A stretch of DNA of 64,000 bases from Macrostomum hystrix. Lineage: Eukaryota; Animalia; Platyhelminthes. A program made the position numbers and the translations under genes. Positions 25,601 to 38,233 of this stretch are shown in pieces. The notes below the pieces were generated by a model. The model was not told where the DNA came from. It did not search any database and saw nothing but the letters and a program-made list of their open reading frames with translations. The DNA lies in contig CATNEN010000011.1 in the NCBI GenBank assembly GCA_950097015.1, positions 1,116,001 through 1,180,000 of the forward strand, in the 5' to 3' direction. Within the stretch, counting starts at the first letter, position 1. The number at the start of each line of letters is the position of its first letter.

Positions 25601-28600
25601 CGCAGGACAGTAAAATGAAATTTAGCTAAAATGGAAACGCGTACAGCATAGCAACTAAACTATACTCCGCCTTGTTAATTTTCATTGCGGGTCGCTTGTT
25701 GTTCAGGGCGTAGAAAATGCACAATCACACTGAGTTTACAACACTCAATTCGCAAATTAAGTGCCAATTAATTTGCTTGGAATTTGCAAGCAATAGAACA
25801 CATTGCTAAGGATTGAGGTCGTTCAGTTCAATGGGTTATTCTTACAGGATTCAGTATAAATTATGAAGCAATTACCGGACTGGAAATTTAATTTAAATAA
25901 CAGATCAATATCCCTTTAAAGCCAGTTCAACTCACTGACGCAGGCGCGACCTTCGCTGACTCGGCCGAAGCCGCATCCGCCGACGCCGCCGTTCGGGCAG
26001 GGCCGACAGTCGAAGCCCCAGGCCCGGCCGAAGCTGTTGCAGCACTCCTGGCGGCTGATGTACATGGAGGTGAGAAGCGCAGTGCAACTGCCGGACTGCG
26101 CGTTCGTGTAGCAGGGGCCCTTATCAACCACTGGAATGTTGAAGTTCTGCTACAAAACCTTCCCACTTCTTAATCCCGTAATAGGGATCTCATTTCTAAT
26201 TTCCCATTTCTAACTTCCCATATTTATAACATTTCTAACGTCCCATATTTATCCCATTTCTAACTTCCCATATTTATCCCATTTCTAACTTCCCATATTT
26301 ATCACATTTCTAACGTTCCATATTTATCCCATTTCTAACTTCCCATATTTATCACATTTCTAACGTTCCATATTTATCCCATTTCTAACGTTCCATATTT
26401 ATCACATTTCTAACGTTCCATATTTATCCCATTTCTAACGTTCCATATTTATCACATTTCTAACGTTCCATATTTATCCCATTTCTAACTTCCCATATTT
26501 ATCACATTTCTAGCGTTCCATATTTATCCCATTTCTAACGTTCCATATTTATCCCATTTCTAACGTTCCATATTTATCACATTTCTAACGTTCCATATTT
26601 ATCCCATTTCTAACGTTCCATATTTATCACATTTCTAACGTTCCATATTTATCCCATTTCTAACGTTCTATATTTATCCCCTCTCTAACGTTACATGTTT
26701 ATCCCATTTCTATAGGTTAATATATTTATCCTATTTCTGCCTGTTCATAGTTATCTCACTTCTAATCACTTCTATTTCTGATCCCAATCCCACACAGCTA
26801 ACGACATTCCAGATCAACTCACCGTCGCAGGCAGAACCGCTGAAGCCCTCCTCGCAGCTGCAGACACCGGTAGATAGACAGCGACCTTTGCCAGAGCAAG
26901 AATTCGGGCAAGTAGCTGAAACAAGCAGGAAGTCCAGTATGAGCCACAGTGGATTCCAATATGAGCCACAGTGGATTCCAGTATGAGTCACAGTGGATTC
27001 CAGTATGAGCCACAGTGGATTCCAATATGAGCCACAGTGGATTCCAATATGAGCCACAGTGGATTCCAAAATGAGCCACAATGGATTCCAAAATGAGCCA
27101 CAATGGATTCCAGTATGAGCCACAGTAGATTCCAGTATGAGCCACAGTGGATTCCACCATGAGCCACAGTGGATTCCAAAATGAGCCACAATGGATTCCA
27201 GTATGAGCCACAATGGATTCCAGTATGAGCCACAGTGGATTCCACCATGAGCCACAGTGGATTCCAAAATGAGCCACAATGGATTCCAGTATGAGCCACA
27301 ATGGATTCCAGTATGAGCCACAATGGATTCCAGTATGAGCCACAGTGGATTCCAGTATGAGCCACAATGGATTCCAGTATGAGCCACAATGGATTCCAAC
27401 ATGAGCCACAATGGATTCCAGTATGAGCCACAGTGGATTCCAGTATGAGCCACAATGGATTCCAGTATGAGCCACAATGGATTCCAGTATGAGCCACAAT
27501 GGATTCCAGTATGAGCCACAATGGATTCCAGTATGAGCCACAATGGATTCCAGTATGAGCCACAATGGATTCCAACATGAGCCACAATGGATTCCAGTAT
27601 GAGCCACAATGGATTCCAGTATGAGCCACAGTGGATTCTAGTATGAGCCACAGTGGATTCCAGTATGAGCCACAATGGATTCTAATATGAGCCACAATGG
27701 ATTCTCATATGAGCCACAATTGACAGTCATTCGACTCACCAAACTGGCAGGCGCTGCCGCTGAAGCCAGACGGGCATTGGCAGATGCCACCAGGCCCGCA
27801 GTGACCGCCATTCTCGCACGGCCTCGGGCACGCAGCTTGCGCCGCTGAAACGTTGGTGAAGACGGCCGCATTAGCCGTGGAAGACAATTGAACTGGAGCC
27901 AAAAATCCCACAAAAATCAACGCCAATCCAAGCAGTCTGATGATGAGCGCAGTAATTTTTGAATTTTCCCGGACAATCATTATGCGGGGCCTTCTTTTTT
28001 TAACTTCTTCAAAGGCGGTAACTCGAAACAGAATCAAGCTAAAAGAGTCACTTGTGTCGGCAACTTTCAAGCCATATTGGGCGAGCGTCTGATATTTATG
28101 CGCGTTTGGCTTTGTCATCGGAGGCTGCCAGGACAGCAACCCCAACCTCCGCAGACTGCATCCCACTTCCGTCAATTTGGAGAAAGTGTGAGAGAAAGAG
28201 AGAGCAAAGTGACGAAAATCACATCGCTACCCTGACTATTTGAGGCTTAGATGATTAATTATAGTCCTTACTTATCTGACTGTCTAAACGGGAAATCTAA
28301 TTATTCGAGAGTCTGTCAAAGTGATTTTTGGTTTATTTTTTTTCTATTCCTTATATAGATTGCACCGCCATTGCCTTAACTAATATACTATTTGTTTGTC
28401 TTTGCATCTGATGATGGACCTTTCTAGGATCTGACCTTTGACTATTTCGTTAGATAACTAAACTATAGTCTGATGTTTATTGATGTTTACAGCCAGTGCC
28501 ACCACTACTATAATATTTATTTATTAAGTGCAGCCACAGATATTAATCAGCTGTTCAGTCCATGGACTGGGGGTGACACCACAACCACCCTTAATTAAGT

Positions 28601-31034
28601 TAATTACCCCAGCTGACCCATTTAACAGCTGGAGGAATTTAGCATTTAGCACTTGGTGACCGCGCGGTGGGGATGGATAGCACGTGCTTGGGAGAATGCG
28701 GTGGTCTCCTAGTCCATGGACTGAAACGTTGTGCATACACTTTGAAAGCGCTGCGCAATAGCTACGGCTGTGTACATCTGACCCAACCTGGCTAGATGTG
28801 ACTTGAAACACATCTGGGCATTGTCGATTTCTAAATTATAATTCGATACAAACAAACAATGTACCTGCGCCACCAGAACTCCAGCCTCCACCATCCTGAC
28901 CGCCGCCGCTTCCGCCTCCGCCGAAGCCGCAGCTGTATTGCACAACGCCATCAGGACAGTAGCACAAGTTGGGCCCAACACAATGACCATCCGAACCACA
29001 GCCACTGTCGCACACGGCTGAAACAAAATGATACGGCTCGTAAGTGTCGTTAATTCTAAGAAAATAGATTTTTAAATCCCCCGAAAAAAAGTTTTTGGTG
29101 TTAAATAAAAGGCGGTAAATTTTTCCCCGTCGTGAAATTGAACGATGTTTTTAGCGTTTCTAGGGCTGACTTTTTAACAACGGCTTTACCGTTACGCACC
29201 CGATTTCTTCAGTCACAAAACTGCATTGGAATGCTTAACAAATCCTCCGCAATTTGTTGCCGCGTGCCTCTAGAAGTTCCCCTCCCACACAAGCACTCCA
29301 TCAGTCTTCTGGGCCAAGAACAGAAGAGAAAACTAAAAATGGATTGTAAGGCTTATCGGGGAATAATTTGAAAGAAAATTTGGACGCAAGAAATAAATGA
29401 CCGCCAAAACCCACCCTGGTCCAGTCCGACGGGCAGCCATTAACTCTGGTGCAAAAAATCCCAAGCGAACCAGGTCTTGGCTGCACTTATAAAATAGGAC
29501 TTTTTCATAAGACAAGGGAGGATATGCAAATAATAGAGTAAAATTTTATTTTCCTGCAAAAAATATTTCCATTTCATTTCCGACGGTCTAGAAGTAACCC
29601 GAAACGATGTAGTGAGGCAGTGAATCGTGGCGAAAAGCGTTGATTAATGAAGGTGTCTGGACTTATAGTCAAGCAGTTGTGCATATTATCGTTTGGCTCA
29701 GCATTGCCAGACACTTCAAAGAAGTGAGCCATTGTATCGAGTTTTAATTCAGATACGCTTCTAATTATGGATTTTCAGGCCGCTCGGGTCTGCAGAAATT
29801 GCAGTTTGACTGCTATTTTGCCCACAAATACGAGCGCGTAGTAACCACATCACTAAACAGGGGTTCTCTCAGTTTGGTTCCTGTGCAAACAGCCCAACAC
29901 TACCAACAGTTCGTGGACAAACAGACGTTGAGAACAATTTTTGTAACTAAAATAGGAGTAAAACACAGAGTTCTCTCTAACTTTTTTTTCGATTCCTGGA
30001 ATGAAAAAAATGAACCCGGCTGTTCCGATATGCAAACATTTCATGCACGCAAAACACAAAAAATCTAAAGTTTGACAATTTAAACTGTAGCAGATGGGTA
30101 TGAAGAGACAGGCGTGGTTTATAATGTATAGCCCTGCTTTCCAAATATACCCTGGCCACCCACGCACGCAGCTGGGAAAGTTAGTATGATAGACTAGCAA
30201 AGTGATCCCCCTAAGTGCATTTGTGTCGGATAACAGGCAAATTGCGCAGCAGAATTTCAATGGGCGGAGCAGTGCATCGATTTTAATTGAATCAAGTGAG
30301 CCCTATAATTACAAACAGATCTAATATGAAATTATTTGCAGTCATTTAATTAGGTTCCATTGACTCACGAATTGAGCACTTGTTTGCCGCGTCTCTTCTC
30401 CAGCCGGGGCAACAATCTGTCCGGGACCCGATCACGCACATGTTGTCCCCGATGCTGCGTTGATGAGAAGTTAATAATAATAATTATAAGTTTGGGTGCT
30501 GAGTGCCAGAGCGGTTAGCGCGTTTGTCTCTAGCAAATTCCGATTCCGCGGCGAGGCCATATTCATTTGGGGCGCAGCTGTGGAGAGAAGGCTTGGGAAC
30601 TTGTCGTGCAATTTACGTCATTAGGGGCCAACCTCCATGGCACAGTGAGAGTGCACACTGCCTGACGATGAGAAAGTCAGGGCAGATGAGCATACGCTAG
30701 GCATGTGATCGTATGCTTGCGTAACGGTATCTGTGTGCGTGTGTGGGTCTAGCTGTGGCGCTGGCTGTGGGTCTAGTGTCACCAAATGATGTTCCAGTGC
30801 CCAAAGCTCTCCTGCAAAAATAATAATAATTAATGATTGCTTAAGGTAATTTTTTTGTTGGCTCTATACAACTTATCAAGTGGATATGCATAAACAATAG
30901 ATAGACAGAGATTAATATATTTTTTAATTCTGTTGCGATACTCACCTATACGCATCGGAGTTCAGCAATTGCATAGAGACAACGATTATGATCGCGAAAA
31001 CACCGATCGGTGGACGTTTTCGAGCTGCTAACAT
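18057..31034 (-). CDS. Short fibrillin-like secreted EGF-repeat protein (~1030 aa)
   Basis: Phase-consistent exons: 31034-30946 (signal peptide MLAARKRPPIGVFAIIIVVSM), 30454-30369 (FUN-like GDNMC...CCPGW), 29017-28865, 27844-27740, 26915-26823 (EGF1-3), 26130-25936 (hybrid/TB, GPCY...CCNSFGRAWGFDCRPCP), 22827-22755, 22673-22612, 21834-21709, 21505-20804, 20126-19476, 19008 (or 19071)-18631, 18526-18398 (DIDEC cbEGF), 18313-18057 (DRNEC cbEGF and tail). The lengths sum to 3099 nt, in frame. Confidence 0.88.
19176..19453 (+). mobile_element. tRNA-derived SINE family 1
   Basis: A-box/B-box head (tgtagccaagtagttag...ttcgattcccgac), core gcaagacacttaactctgcattg...cacccagctgttaaatgggtacc, agtccatggact palindrome and (ATT)n tail. 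Confidence 0.85.
20260..20517 (-). mobile_element. SINE family 1 copy
   Basis: Reverse complement of the same head and core. Confidence 0.85.
22430..22600 (+). repeat. (GATA)n microsatellite
   Basis: Direct observation; abuts the donor of the 62-nt fibrillin-like exon. Confidence 0.97.
22915..23320 (+). repeat. C/T-rich minisatellite (ctcccactctcccattccc-like)
   Basis: Tandem imperfect units. Confidence 0.88.
23990..25440 (+). repeat. 10-12-bp minisatellite (CTCTGTCTCA)n
   Basis: Direct observation. Confidence 0.97.
26190..26710 (+). repeat. 25-bp minisatellite (atttctaacgttccatatttatccc)n
   Basis: Direct observation. Confidence 0.95.
26930..27720 (+). repeat. 22-bp minisatellite (ccacaatggattccagtatgag)n filling a fibrillin-like intron
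   Basis: Direct observation; source of three overlapping artefactual ORFs. Confidence 0.97.
28545..28650 (-). mobile_element. SINE family 1 partial copy
   Basis: cagctgttcagtccatggactgggg...cccatttaacagctgg. Confidence 0.7.
30500..30830 (+). mobile_element. tRNA-derived SINE family 2
   Basis: Head tgccagagcggttagcgcg...ccgattccgcggcgaggcc, body cttgtcgtgcaatttacg...cctgacgatgag and (AAT)n tail. Related pieces at 13855-13937 (-), ~36980-37090, ~51440-51690, ~59030-59200 (-) and 60940-61265. Confidence 0.75.
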
Positions 31035-32537
31035 TTCTAGTCTGAACAGTAGTGCCAGAATATTAGCGAGACCACACTGATTGCTGATGGTGAAAAAGTG
31101 TTCTCTCGTTCTGGTTCTTCTATTTGGAAAAGAGCTTTCACTTTTCTTATTCGTCCGAATTGAGCCTTCGCTGAGGCAGCGTCCGCCTTGGGCCGGAAAA
31201 TTTGATTCACAGCGGGGATACAAAGATTAGTCTCGGCCTAATCTTGTTTCTTTAAATGAGAAGCAGCTCAAGGACCTGCGCAGTTGTTCGGTGGGGATCG
31301 AAGTAAGTTCTTTTTCAACGAAATTTAGACGCTTAAAAATGCCTGGAATGCAGCAGCAGTATAGTGGTGCAGTACCAACTAAAAAGCTATAAGAGACACT
31401 CAAGAGCAATAAACCAAGCCCTAAAGTGGTCTAGATTCCCTTGGCCAAAGCAGCTAGGTATTGTTGTGCATACACACTCTCTCCTAGATGAAGCTCGGCT
31501 GCCAACAAAGTGTCCTCAAAGACACATTCCTTTGCTCAAGTTTTGGCTATGGGGGGGAGGTTAGGCTAAAAAAAGTTTTTTTCCAAAGCCAGCGGAGAAA
31601 CTGTCCGAGTACGCCAGGAAACCAGCTCAGCCTGGCCTGGAGAAGAATGCTGAGTTCGTGGGAATGGCAGCAAGGCCAGGTATTAAATAAGCTCTGCGCG
31701 TGTGTGGCTCACTTGCTCACAGAACCACCGTCTGAGCTGCCAGAGTAGATATTGTTTGTTGCTCGGAAAGTGAGCATAAGAGCGTGTCGATGTATAATTA
31801 GGAATTTGCTTTTCTATATGTTTATGGCTGTTACGGCTGCGCAGTCCTAAAACAGAATGCTCAAGCAGTGACTCAGGGTTTTACCATCGGAGTTTTTCTC
31901 TTTTTCTTCTTCTTTCGTTTCTTTCTCGTCTGTCGCTTACCTTGTTTGGCCAATTTACTAAAAACGAATCGACGCGTTCGAAGATGTGGCGTTGCAAGTC
32001 AAAACTGACCAATAGCGGTCAGTTGCAAACAGTGTACAGTCCAATTTATCTTCTTTTTACACTCAGCAGACCAAGCATTTAAAAATAGCGCATGACACGG
32101 ACGATAGCCTATTTTAGTATTTCACAAATATTTTTGTAAAATAATTAATTGTTTGAAACGCATTTACTGTTGGGCCATAAATTATACTGCATGCAGCTTT
32201 ACGAGTACATTTTGCTACCTTTCACTAGACTGGAATGTCAGTAAATTCTTTAAGAGAGATGCCAACACTTCATATAGAGCGAAATAAGTAACATTTTGTC
32301 CTTAAGATCGTATAAAAATGTACACAGTTTGTATGTGAAGTATATTAAACAAAGCCTGATACCTTTGAATAATGATATTTGACTAAATTCAGCGCAAAAT
32401 TTGTGTTGAGGCAATCCTGATCAACTGATCACACTCTAGACAGTATTACATTTGTCGAGAATTTTTCACCGTCAAACTTCTCTGCAGTCGTGGCTTGTCT
32501 CGCAGGCTCTGCCAATTAAGGAACTAATTCGACATAA

Positions 32538-32850
32538 TAATAATTAATAATAATAATTGATTACACCTGCCCCAATTGGGTCAGATGTGCAGCCGACAGC
32601 ACAGCCGCAGCTAATGCGCGGCGCATCTGAAGGCTGCGTACAGCTGTTCAGTCCATGGACTGGGGGGACGCCACACCCACCTTCAATTATCCCAGCTGAT
32701 GCTGGTACCCATTTAACAGCTGGGTGAACTGAAGCAATGCAGAGTTAAGTGTCTTGCTAAAAGACACAAATTGTTCAGGGTAGTCGGGAATCGAACCCCC
32801 GACCTTCGAGTCGTGAGTCCGACGCCCTAACCAATAGGCTACAACCTCTC
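32538..32850 (-). mobile_element. SINE family 1, near full-length copy
   Basis: Tail, core and tRNA-like head all present. Confidence 0.88.
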
Positions 32851-33423
32851 AGAGGATTCTTAACTCAGAGAATTAATTCGACAACAACCCTTGAACTTTC
32901 TAGAAAAAGTCAATACGATGACGCATTCATTCATAGAATCATATATAGACTACTGAGGTGCATTTATATGATTCAATCAGTGTTAAAGCTTTTAACTCGT
33001 TAACGAGAGCTGTCCTGAGTTCAAATCTCAACGAAAGGGGGCGCATTTCCATTTTTAATTGTACCAACAATAGCTGGATTAGATACGAGTATTTGAGTGG
33101 GTTTGGCGGCTGTAAGAAAAGGCTTTAAATATGGCCCAACTAGGTCTTAATATAATTTTAATATTAAGCTGGGCTACTTTAAGTAGCAAAATGTTGAAAG
33201 AGAAAGCGTTTTTTGAGCATCAGAAAGAAAATTTCTCTCAAGCAAAAATCTCATCGCAAATTTCATGAAAAAAAATTGACATTTGATTTATTTTATTTTA
33301 TTTCATTTTCAACGCACCTTAAAGTTTGTTTATTGTAAGTATGATTATATTCATTATATTCAAGGACGAAAATTGTGAAAAAAAACAGTGATTATCTTAA
33401 ATACCCACGTCGTCTTCCTTCTG

Positions 33424-34740
33424 TTAATCCTCATTTTCACTTTCAGAAGCAGAGTCCGCATCGTTTTCACTGTCGTTCAGGTGCGCATTTTTGAAGTACT
33501 CCGGATCGATCTTGGCTAGTCTAGCCAGCCACTCTGCCCGGCTGAGTGTCAGGTAGAACTGGTGGGCCTCCGGTGTCTGGGTGGCGTCGATCACCTGTAG
33601 GCCGCAGCCGCGCTTCGTGTCCTCCAGGTGGGCGTAGAATCGTTCCATCTTGCTCGGCAGCGGCGTCCGTGCTCGATGTCTTTGTCGCCGGCTGCGGCTT
33701 CGACGGCGACGCCTCTGACCCGAAGCAGCAGCAGCAGCAGTTTTAGTTGCAGTCGTGTCCGCGAATGTCTTGGCGCGCTCAAGTTTAAGGGTGGCATCGA
33801 TGTCAGCAGGCATGTTGGCGAATGGGTTAGCGGTGTGCTGGCGTCTGAGAACTGGCTGGACAGCTGCGGGCTCCGGGGACTGGCGAGCGGACTGGGATCC
33901 CGACTTGGATTTGACTGCCGTCGGGTCATCGAGCGGCTGTCGGCCGCGTCTGTAACTGCCGCTCTTCGGCGCTGGGCCGAGAAATCTGCAGTTCGATCGA
34001 GTTTTAAGAACGATCTCAACTTCAAATGCGGCTTAAGGACTGCTGAGTACGTTAGTCATGTCAGAAAGCTTTGTAGATGTTGAGTCCGTGGACTAAAAAG
34101 CCATGCATGTACAGATCTTCTGTCCATGGACTATAAAGCCATGCACAGATGTTCAGTCCATGGACTAAACATATATCTTCAGATGTTCAGTCCATGGAAT
34201 AAACATTTATCTTCAGATGTTCAGTCCATGGACTAAAAAGCTACGTACAGATGTTTAGTCCGTGAACAAAAATGCTACGTACAGATGTTTAGTCCGTGAA
34301 CAAAAATGCTACGTACAGATGTTTAGTCCGTGAACAAAAATGCTACGTACAGATGTTTAGTCCGTGAAATAAAATGCTACGTACAGATGTTTAGTCCGTG
34401 GACTAAAATGCTGCGTACAGATGTTTAGTCCGTGGACTAAAATGTTATTTACAGATGCATGTTCAGACATTCTCTCCGACTTCTCTCCGCCGCTGACGGC
34501 CTACTCTCTCCTACGATTTAATATGCTCAATGCAACAAAAACTCTTCCTTACTTAATCGACAGCGCCTCGTGATCTGACGGGCACTTCCTGACAGACTTC
34601 AACAATCTGGCGGTGTCCAGTTTTTGATGCTCCAAGTGAGCCAAACTGGACACGTGCTGCCTGTAGAACTCGTCAATTCGACTGCGACAGGCCACGTCTA
34701 GGCGATTGTTCAAAGCTTGAACATTCTTTGTGGAGGCCAT
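33424..34740 (-). CDS. Hypothetical protein (~250 aa), family not recognised
   Basis: Exon 34740-34553 (MASTKNVQ...EALSI, donor aa|gtaagg) joins in phase 2 to exon 33985-33424 (ctgcag|A; KFLGPAPKSGSYRRGRQP...SESENED*). An upstream phase-1 exon 35287-35227 could extend the N-terminus. Confidence 0.65.
34085..34455 (+). repeat. ~34-bp minisatellite containing agtccrtggact
   Basis: Units such as agtccgtggactaaaatgctacgtacagatgttt. Confidence 0.88.
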
Positions 34741-35056
34741 TTCTTAGATTGCGATCCGGCGCTTAGATACCAAGGCAACACTCAAAGGTTATCTTAATAT
34801 AGGCGACCAGAATTGAAAGGCAATAAAAGGTAAGATAGCATAGAAAATAAGGCGTTCTTAAAGAGACAGCAGAAATTTAGCTGTCTTACAACGGCTAGAA
34901 GACTCTAGAGCTTAGAAAATAAAAATGAGTTCAATTTATATTACGGGATAGAGTTTGCACGCGTTGCTTGCGTCAAAAATGATGAGGCGTTTGCATCTGC
35001 CAGTCCTTTAATTGTCTCGCTGTGTTTCACATTAAAACTGCCGCATAGTAATAAAA

Positions 35057-35087
<31 letters not shown>

Positions 35088-35424
35088 CAACCATTTAAAC
35101 TGCAGGGGCCCAGCGATTGTTGCACACGAAGCAGAGATGCTTCTTCTCTGAGAGGCTGCACAGAAGCATAGGAAAATTCTAAACTCAACGAACAATTAGA
35201 GATCATTAATAATTTTAAAAAAATACCAGCCAGTTTGAAAAATTTTATAATTTGTCTAGACAAGCGTCCTCTTGTTAAGCGCGCCATTATGCTCTGCGTT
35301 GGCAAATGACTTGATGTAGAATTAATAAAACTAACAATGTCTTGTTGTCTTTTAGTTGACGAAAACGTGCAAGTATAACAAAGAAAAGCAGACCGTTTAG
35401 CAACTTCTAAAAATGACTAATTTT

Positions 35425-36306
35425 AGAGGATCTGGGACAGTAGATAGTGATCCCAAACCTGAGGATCTGTGGCAGTGGAAGTGATCCCAAACCTGAGGAT
35501 CTGTGACAGTAGATAGTGATCCCAAACATGAGGATCTGGGACAGTAGATAGTGATCCCAAACCTGAGGATCTGGGACAGTAGATAGTGATCCCAAACATG
35601 AGGATCTGGCACAGTGGAAGTGATCCCAAACCTGAGGATCTGGGACAGTGGAAAGTGATCCCAAACCTGAGGATCTGGGACAGTAGATAGTGATCCCAAA
35701 CATGAGGATCTGGGACAGTAGATAGTGATCCCAAACCTGAGGATCTGGGACAGTAGATAGTGATCCCAAACATGAGGATCTGGCACAGTGGATAGTGATC
35801 CCAAACCTGAGGATCTGGCACAGTGGAAAGTGATACCAAACCTGAGGATCTGGGACAGTAGATAGTGATACCAAACCTGAGGATCTGGGACAGTGGAAAG
35901 TGATCCCAAACCTGAGGATCTGGGACAGTGGAAAGTGATCCCAAACCTGAGGATCTGGGACAGTAGATAGTGATCCCAAACCTGAGGATCTGGGACAGTG
36001 GAAAGTGATCCCAAACCTGAGGATCTGGGACAGTGGAAAGTGATACCAAACCTGAGGATCTGGGACAGTGGATAGTAATCCCAAACCTGAGGATCTGGGA
36101 CAGTAGATACTGATCCCAAACCTGAGGATCTGGGACAGTAGATAGTGATCCTAAACCTGAGGATCTGGGACAGTGGATAGTGATCCCAAACCTGAGGATC
36201 TGGGACAGTAGATAGTGATCCCAAACCTGAGGATCTGGGACAGTGGATAGTGATCCCAAACCTGAGGATCTGGGACAGTAGATAGTGATCCCAAACCTGA
36301 GGATCT
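35425..36306 (+). repeat. 35-bp minisatellite (tgatcccaaacctgaggatctgggacagtagatag)n
   Basis: Direct observation; the ORF periodicity of 35 aa equals three units. Confidence 0.97.
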
Positions 36307-36518
36307 GATTGAGTTGATAAGTGATCTGACAACTTTTGAAATTCCTGAAGGCAAGTTAAAACAATCAGCTATAAAAGACAATCCATAATAACAGCATTGA
36401 AACTGTTTATATCACGCAAGAAATAGATAATTATCGTATAAGGTTGTTCAACAAGACCAATTTTAATTCTATCAAGGCAAGTGAAAAAGAAGCCGAGAAA
36501 TGCTAGGAAAATGGTGAA

Positions 36519-37423
36519 CTAGTACTTCTTGCGATACATCAGCACAATGCTAACATCAGGAGGCAGTTCGCTTTCGTCAAAGTATTCAGACAGCGTCACC
36601 GCCTCCCAATGAAGAAAATCGCCGACCCGCTGAAGGAATTCCGTCCACACATTGGAATATCGATCTTCGTAGGCGTGCAAAATCAATGGCGATTGGCTCT
36701 CGGAGCAGAAGATATCCCGCAAACTCTGACTGAGCAGCTCCACGTACTCAAACTGATACAGACAGTCGGACATTACTAGCAGATGGACAGGAAAATGATG
36801 CATCGGAGGCGGTTGGCCCCAAACGTAGACGTCGGCAACAATTGAGCAGTGCTCAAGCAGGTTGGCATTCTGAGTCAGGTTGACAGCTAGCTGCGGCATC
36901 ACGCCCGGCAAGTCCGTTAGAATCGACTGCGGAAACGGTTTTTTGAGAAATATTCAACGACTCTCGTTGTTGACTATCTGGTGCCAGACAATGAGAAAGT
37001 CAGGGCAGATGTACACACCTGTGTGAGCGTGTGCTGTGCGTTTGTACTCAGGACTCAGCGAACAGGGCAGAATTGCCTTCTCGCTGACTACTGTCCCCAA
37101 ATCAATCTCCTATTCACAGTATAACAAACAACAAGCATGTAAACGTAAGCTACCTTGCAGCCAATCATAGCGAGCTGCATGCCAACTAGGCCCGTGCCAC
37201 TGCCCAGCTCGAGGGCTGTCACGCTGCTAAACTTAGTGGACTCAGGCTGCGGCTCAGATTTGGCCATGATAGTCGTGAGCAGCCTGTCAGAGAATTCCGG
37301 CACTAGCAGCAGCCGGCTGAGCAGCAGCCCGCAGTCCCAGGCGACGCCACCGATGCCAGATGACAGGCCAGTCTGTGACACTGTCAAACTGTAGCCATCC
37401 ACCGTCTCTATTAGTAAGTCCAT
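36519..37423 (-). CDS. VCPKMT: METTL21-family protein-lysine methyltransferase, most like VCPKMT/METTL21D (225 aa)
   Basis: Exons 37423-37154 and 36926-36519 (phase 0). Motifs GIGGVAWDCGLLLS, SAM-binding LELGSGTG, ILTDL, post-II SDCLY and C-terminal RKK. Confidence 0.85.
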
Positions 37424-37569
37424 CGAGATTGACTTGCGCCTACGGCCAGATTTTGCGGCTGAATAGTTTAGCGAAAACACTTACTGCTGTACTGTGAGTA
37501 GCATTAAACAGTTCTTAAGCTATTTATTACCATTTTCGAAAACAATGTAAACACTCAGCTGACACTTAA

Positions 37570-37830
37570 TTTCAGAAACTGGCTGTAAACTGAAATTCGG
37601 AAACTGACAGTAAACTGAAAATCGGGAAATGACGGTAAACTAAATTTCGGGAAATGGCAGTAAACTGAATTTCGGGAAAGGACAGTAAACTGAATTTCGG
37701 GAAAGGACAGTAAACTGAATTTCGGGAAAGGACAGTAAACAGAATTTCGGAAACTGACAGTAAACTGAATTTCGGGAAATGACAATAAATTGAATTTCTG
37801 GAAATGACAGTAAACAAAATTTCGGGAAGT
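37570..37830 (+). repeat. 25-bp minisatellite (gacagtaaactgaatttcgggaaag)n
   Basis: Direct observation. Confidence 0.9.
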
Positions 37831-38233
37831 TCTAGTATGAAAGGTGAGTAAAGAATGTTAACAAACAGCTAAAACTACTGTTTTAACATATATTTATTTT
37901 GCTTACAGTGATTTTTGCCTGTCTACTTTAGAAATAGAAAAAAAGAAGACAATTGCAGTAAAAAACTAAGGAAATGTAAATGCAAACATTTAAATTGAGC
38001 AGTTAAACAAATAGGATCCGTTTGGCTACCATTTATAGAGTGATGAAATATGGAAAAACACGAATATTGAATGAAAATTAATCAGCTGTTATCTTATCAT
38101 AGAAATGATGTAACACTAATTAGATAGCGAGGAATATATTTAGAGCGTAGTTTACTCTGTTGATTTACCAAGACAATTCAGTCACTTTTAAACAGGAAAT
38201 GTCGTGGAAACTCAATTAGAAATAATTTTTGGC

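Noticed and set aside
26731-27695. Three 235-314 aa ORFs with WNPLWLILES repeats
   Set aside because: 22-bp minisatellite; only the 93-nt EGF exon 26823-26915 is real.
30655-30720. CTGACGA/CTGATGA hammerhead-like cores in SINE2 (also 61081-61130)
   Set aside because: No stem II followed by GAAA and no stem I/III with a cleavage triplet could be built.
34941-35195. Poly-Cys / poly-Ala ORFs
   Set aside because: A (CAG)n microsatellite read in different frames; no phase-consistent exon found.
35397-36381. 'PQVWDHYLLSQILRFG' repeat ORFs
   Set aside because: 35-bp minisatellite translated in three frames.
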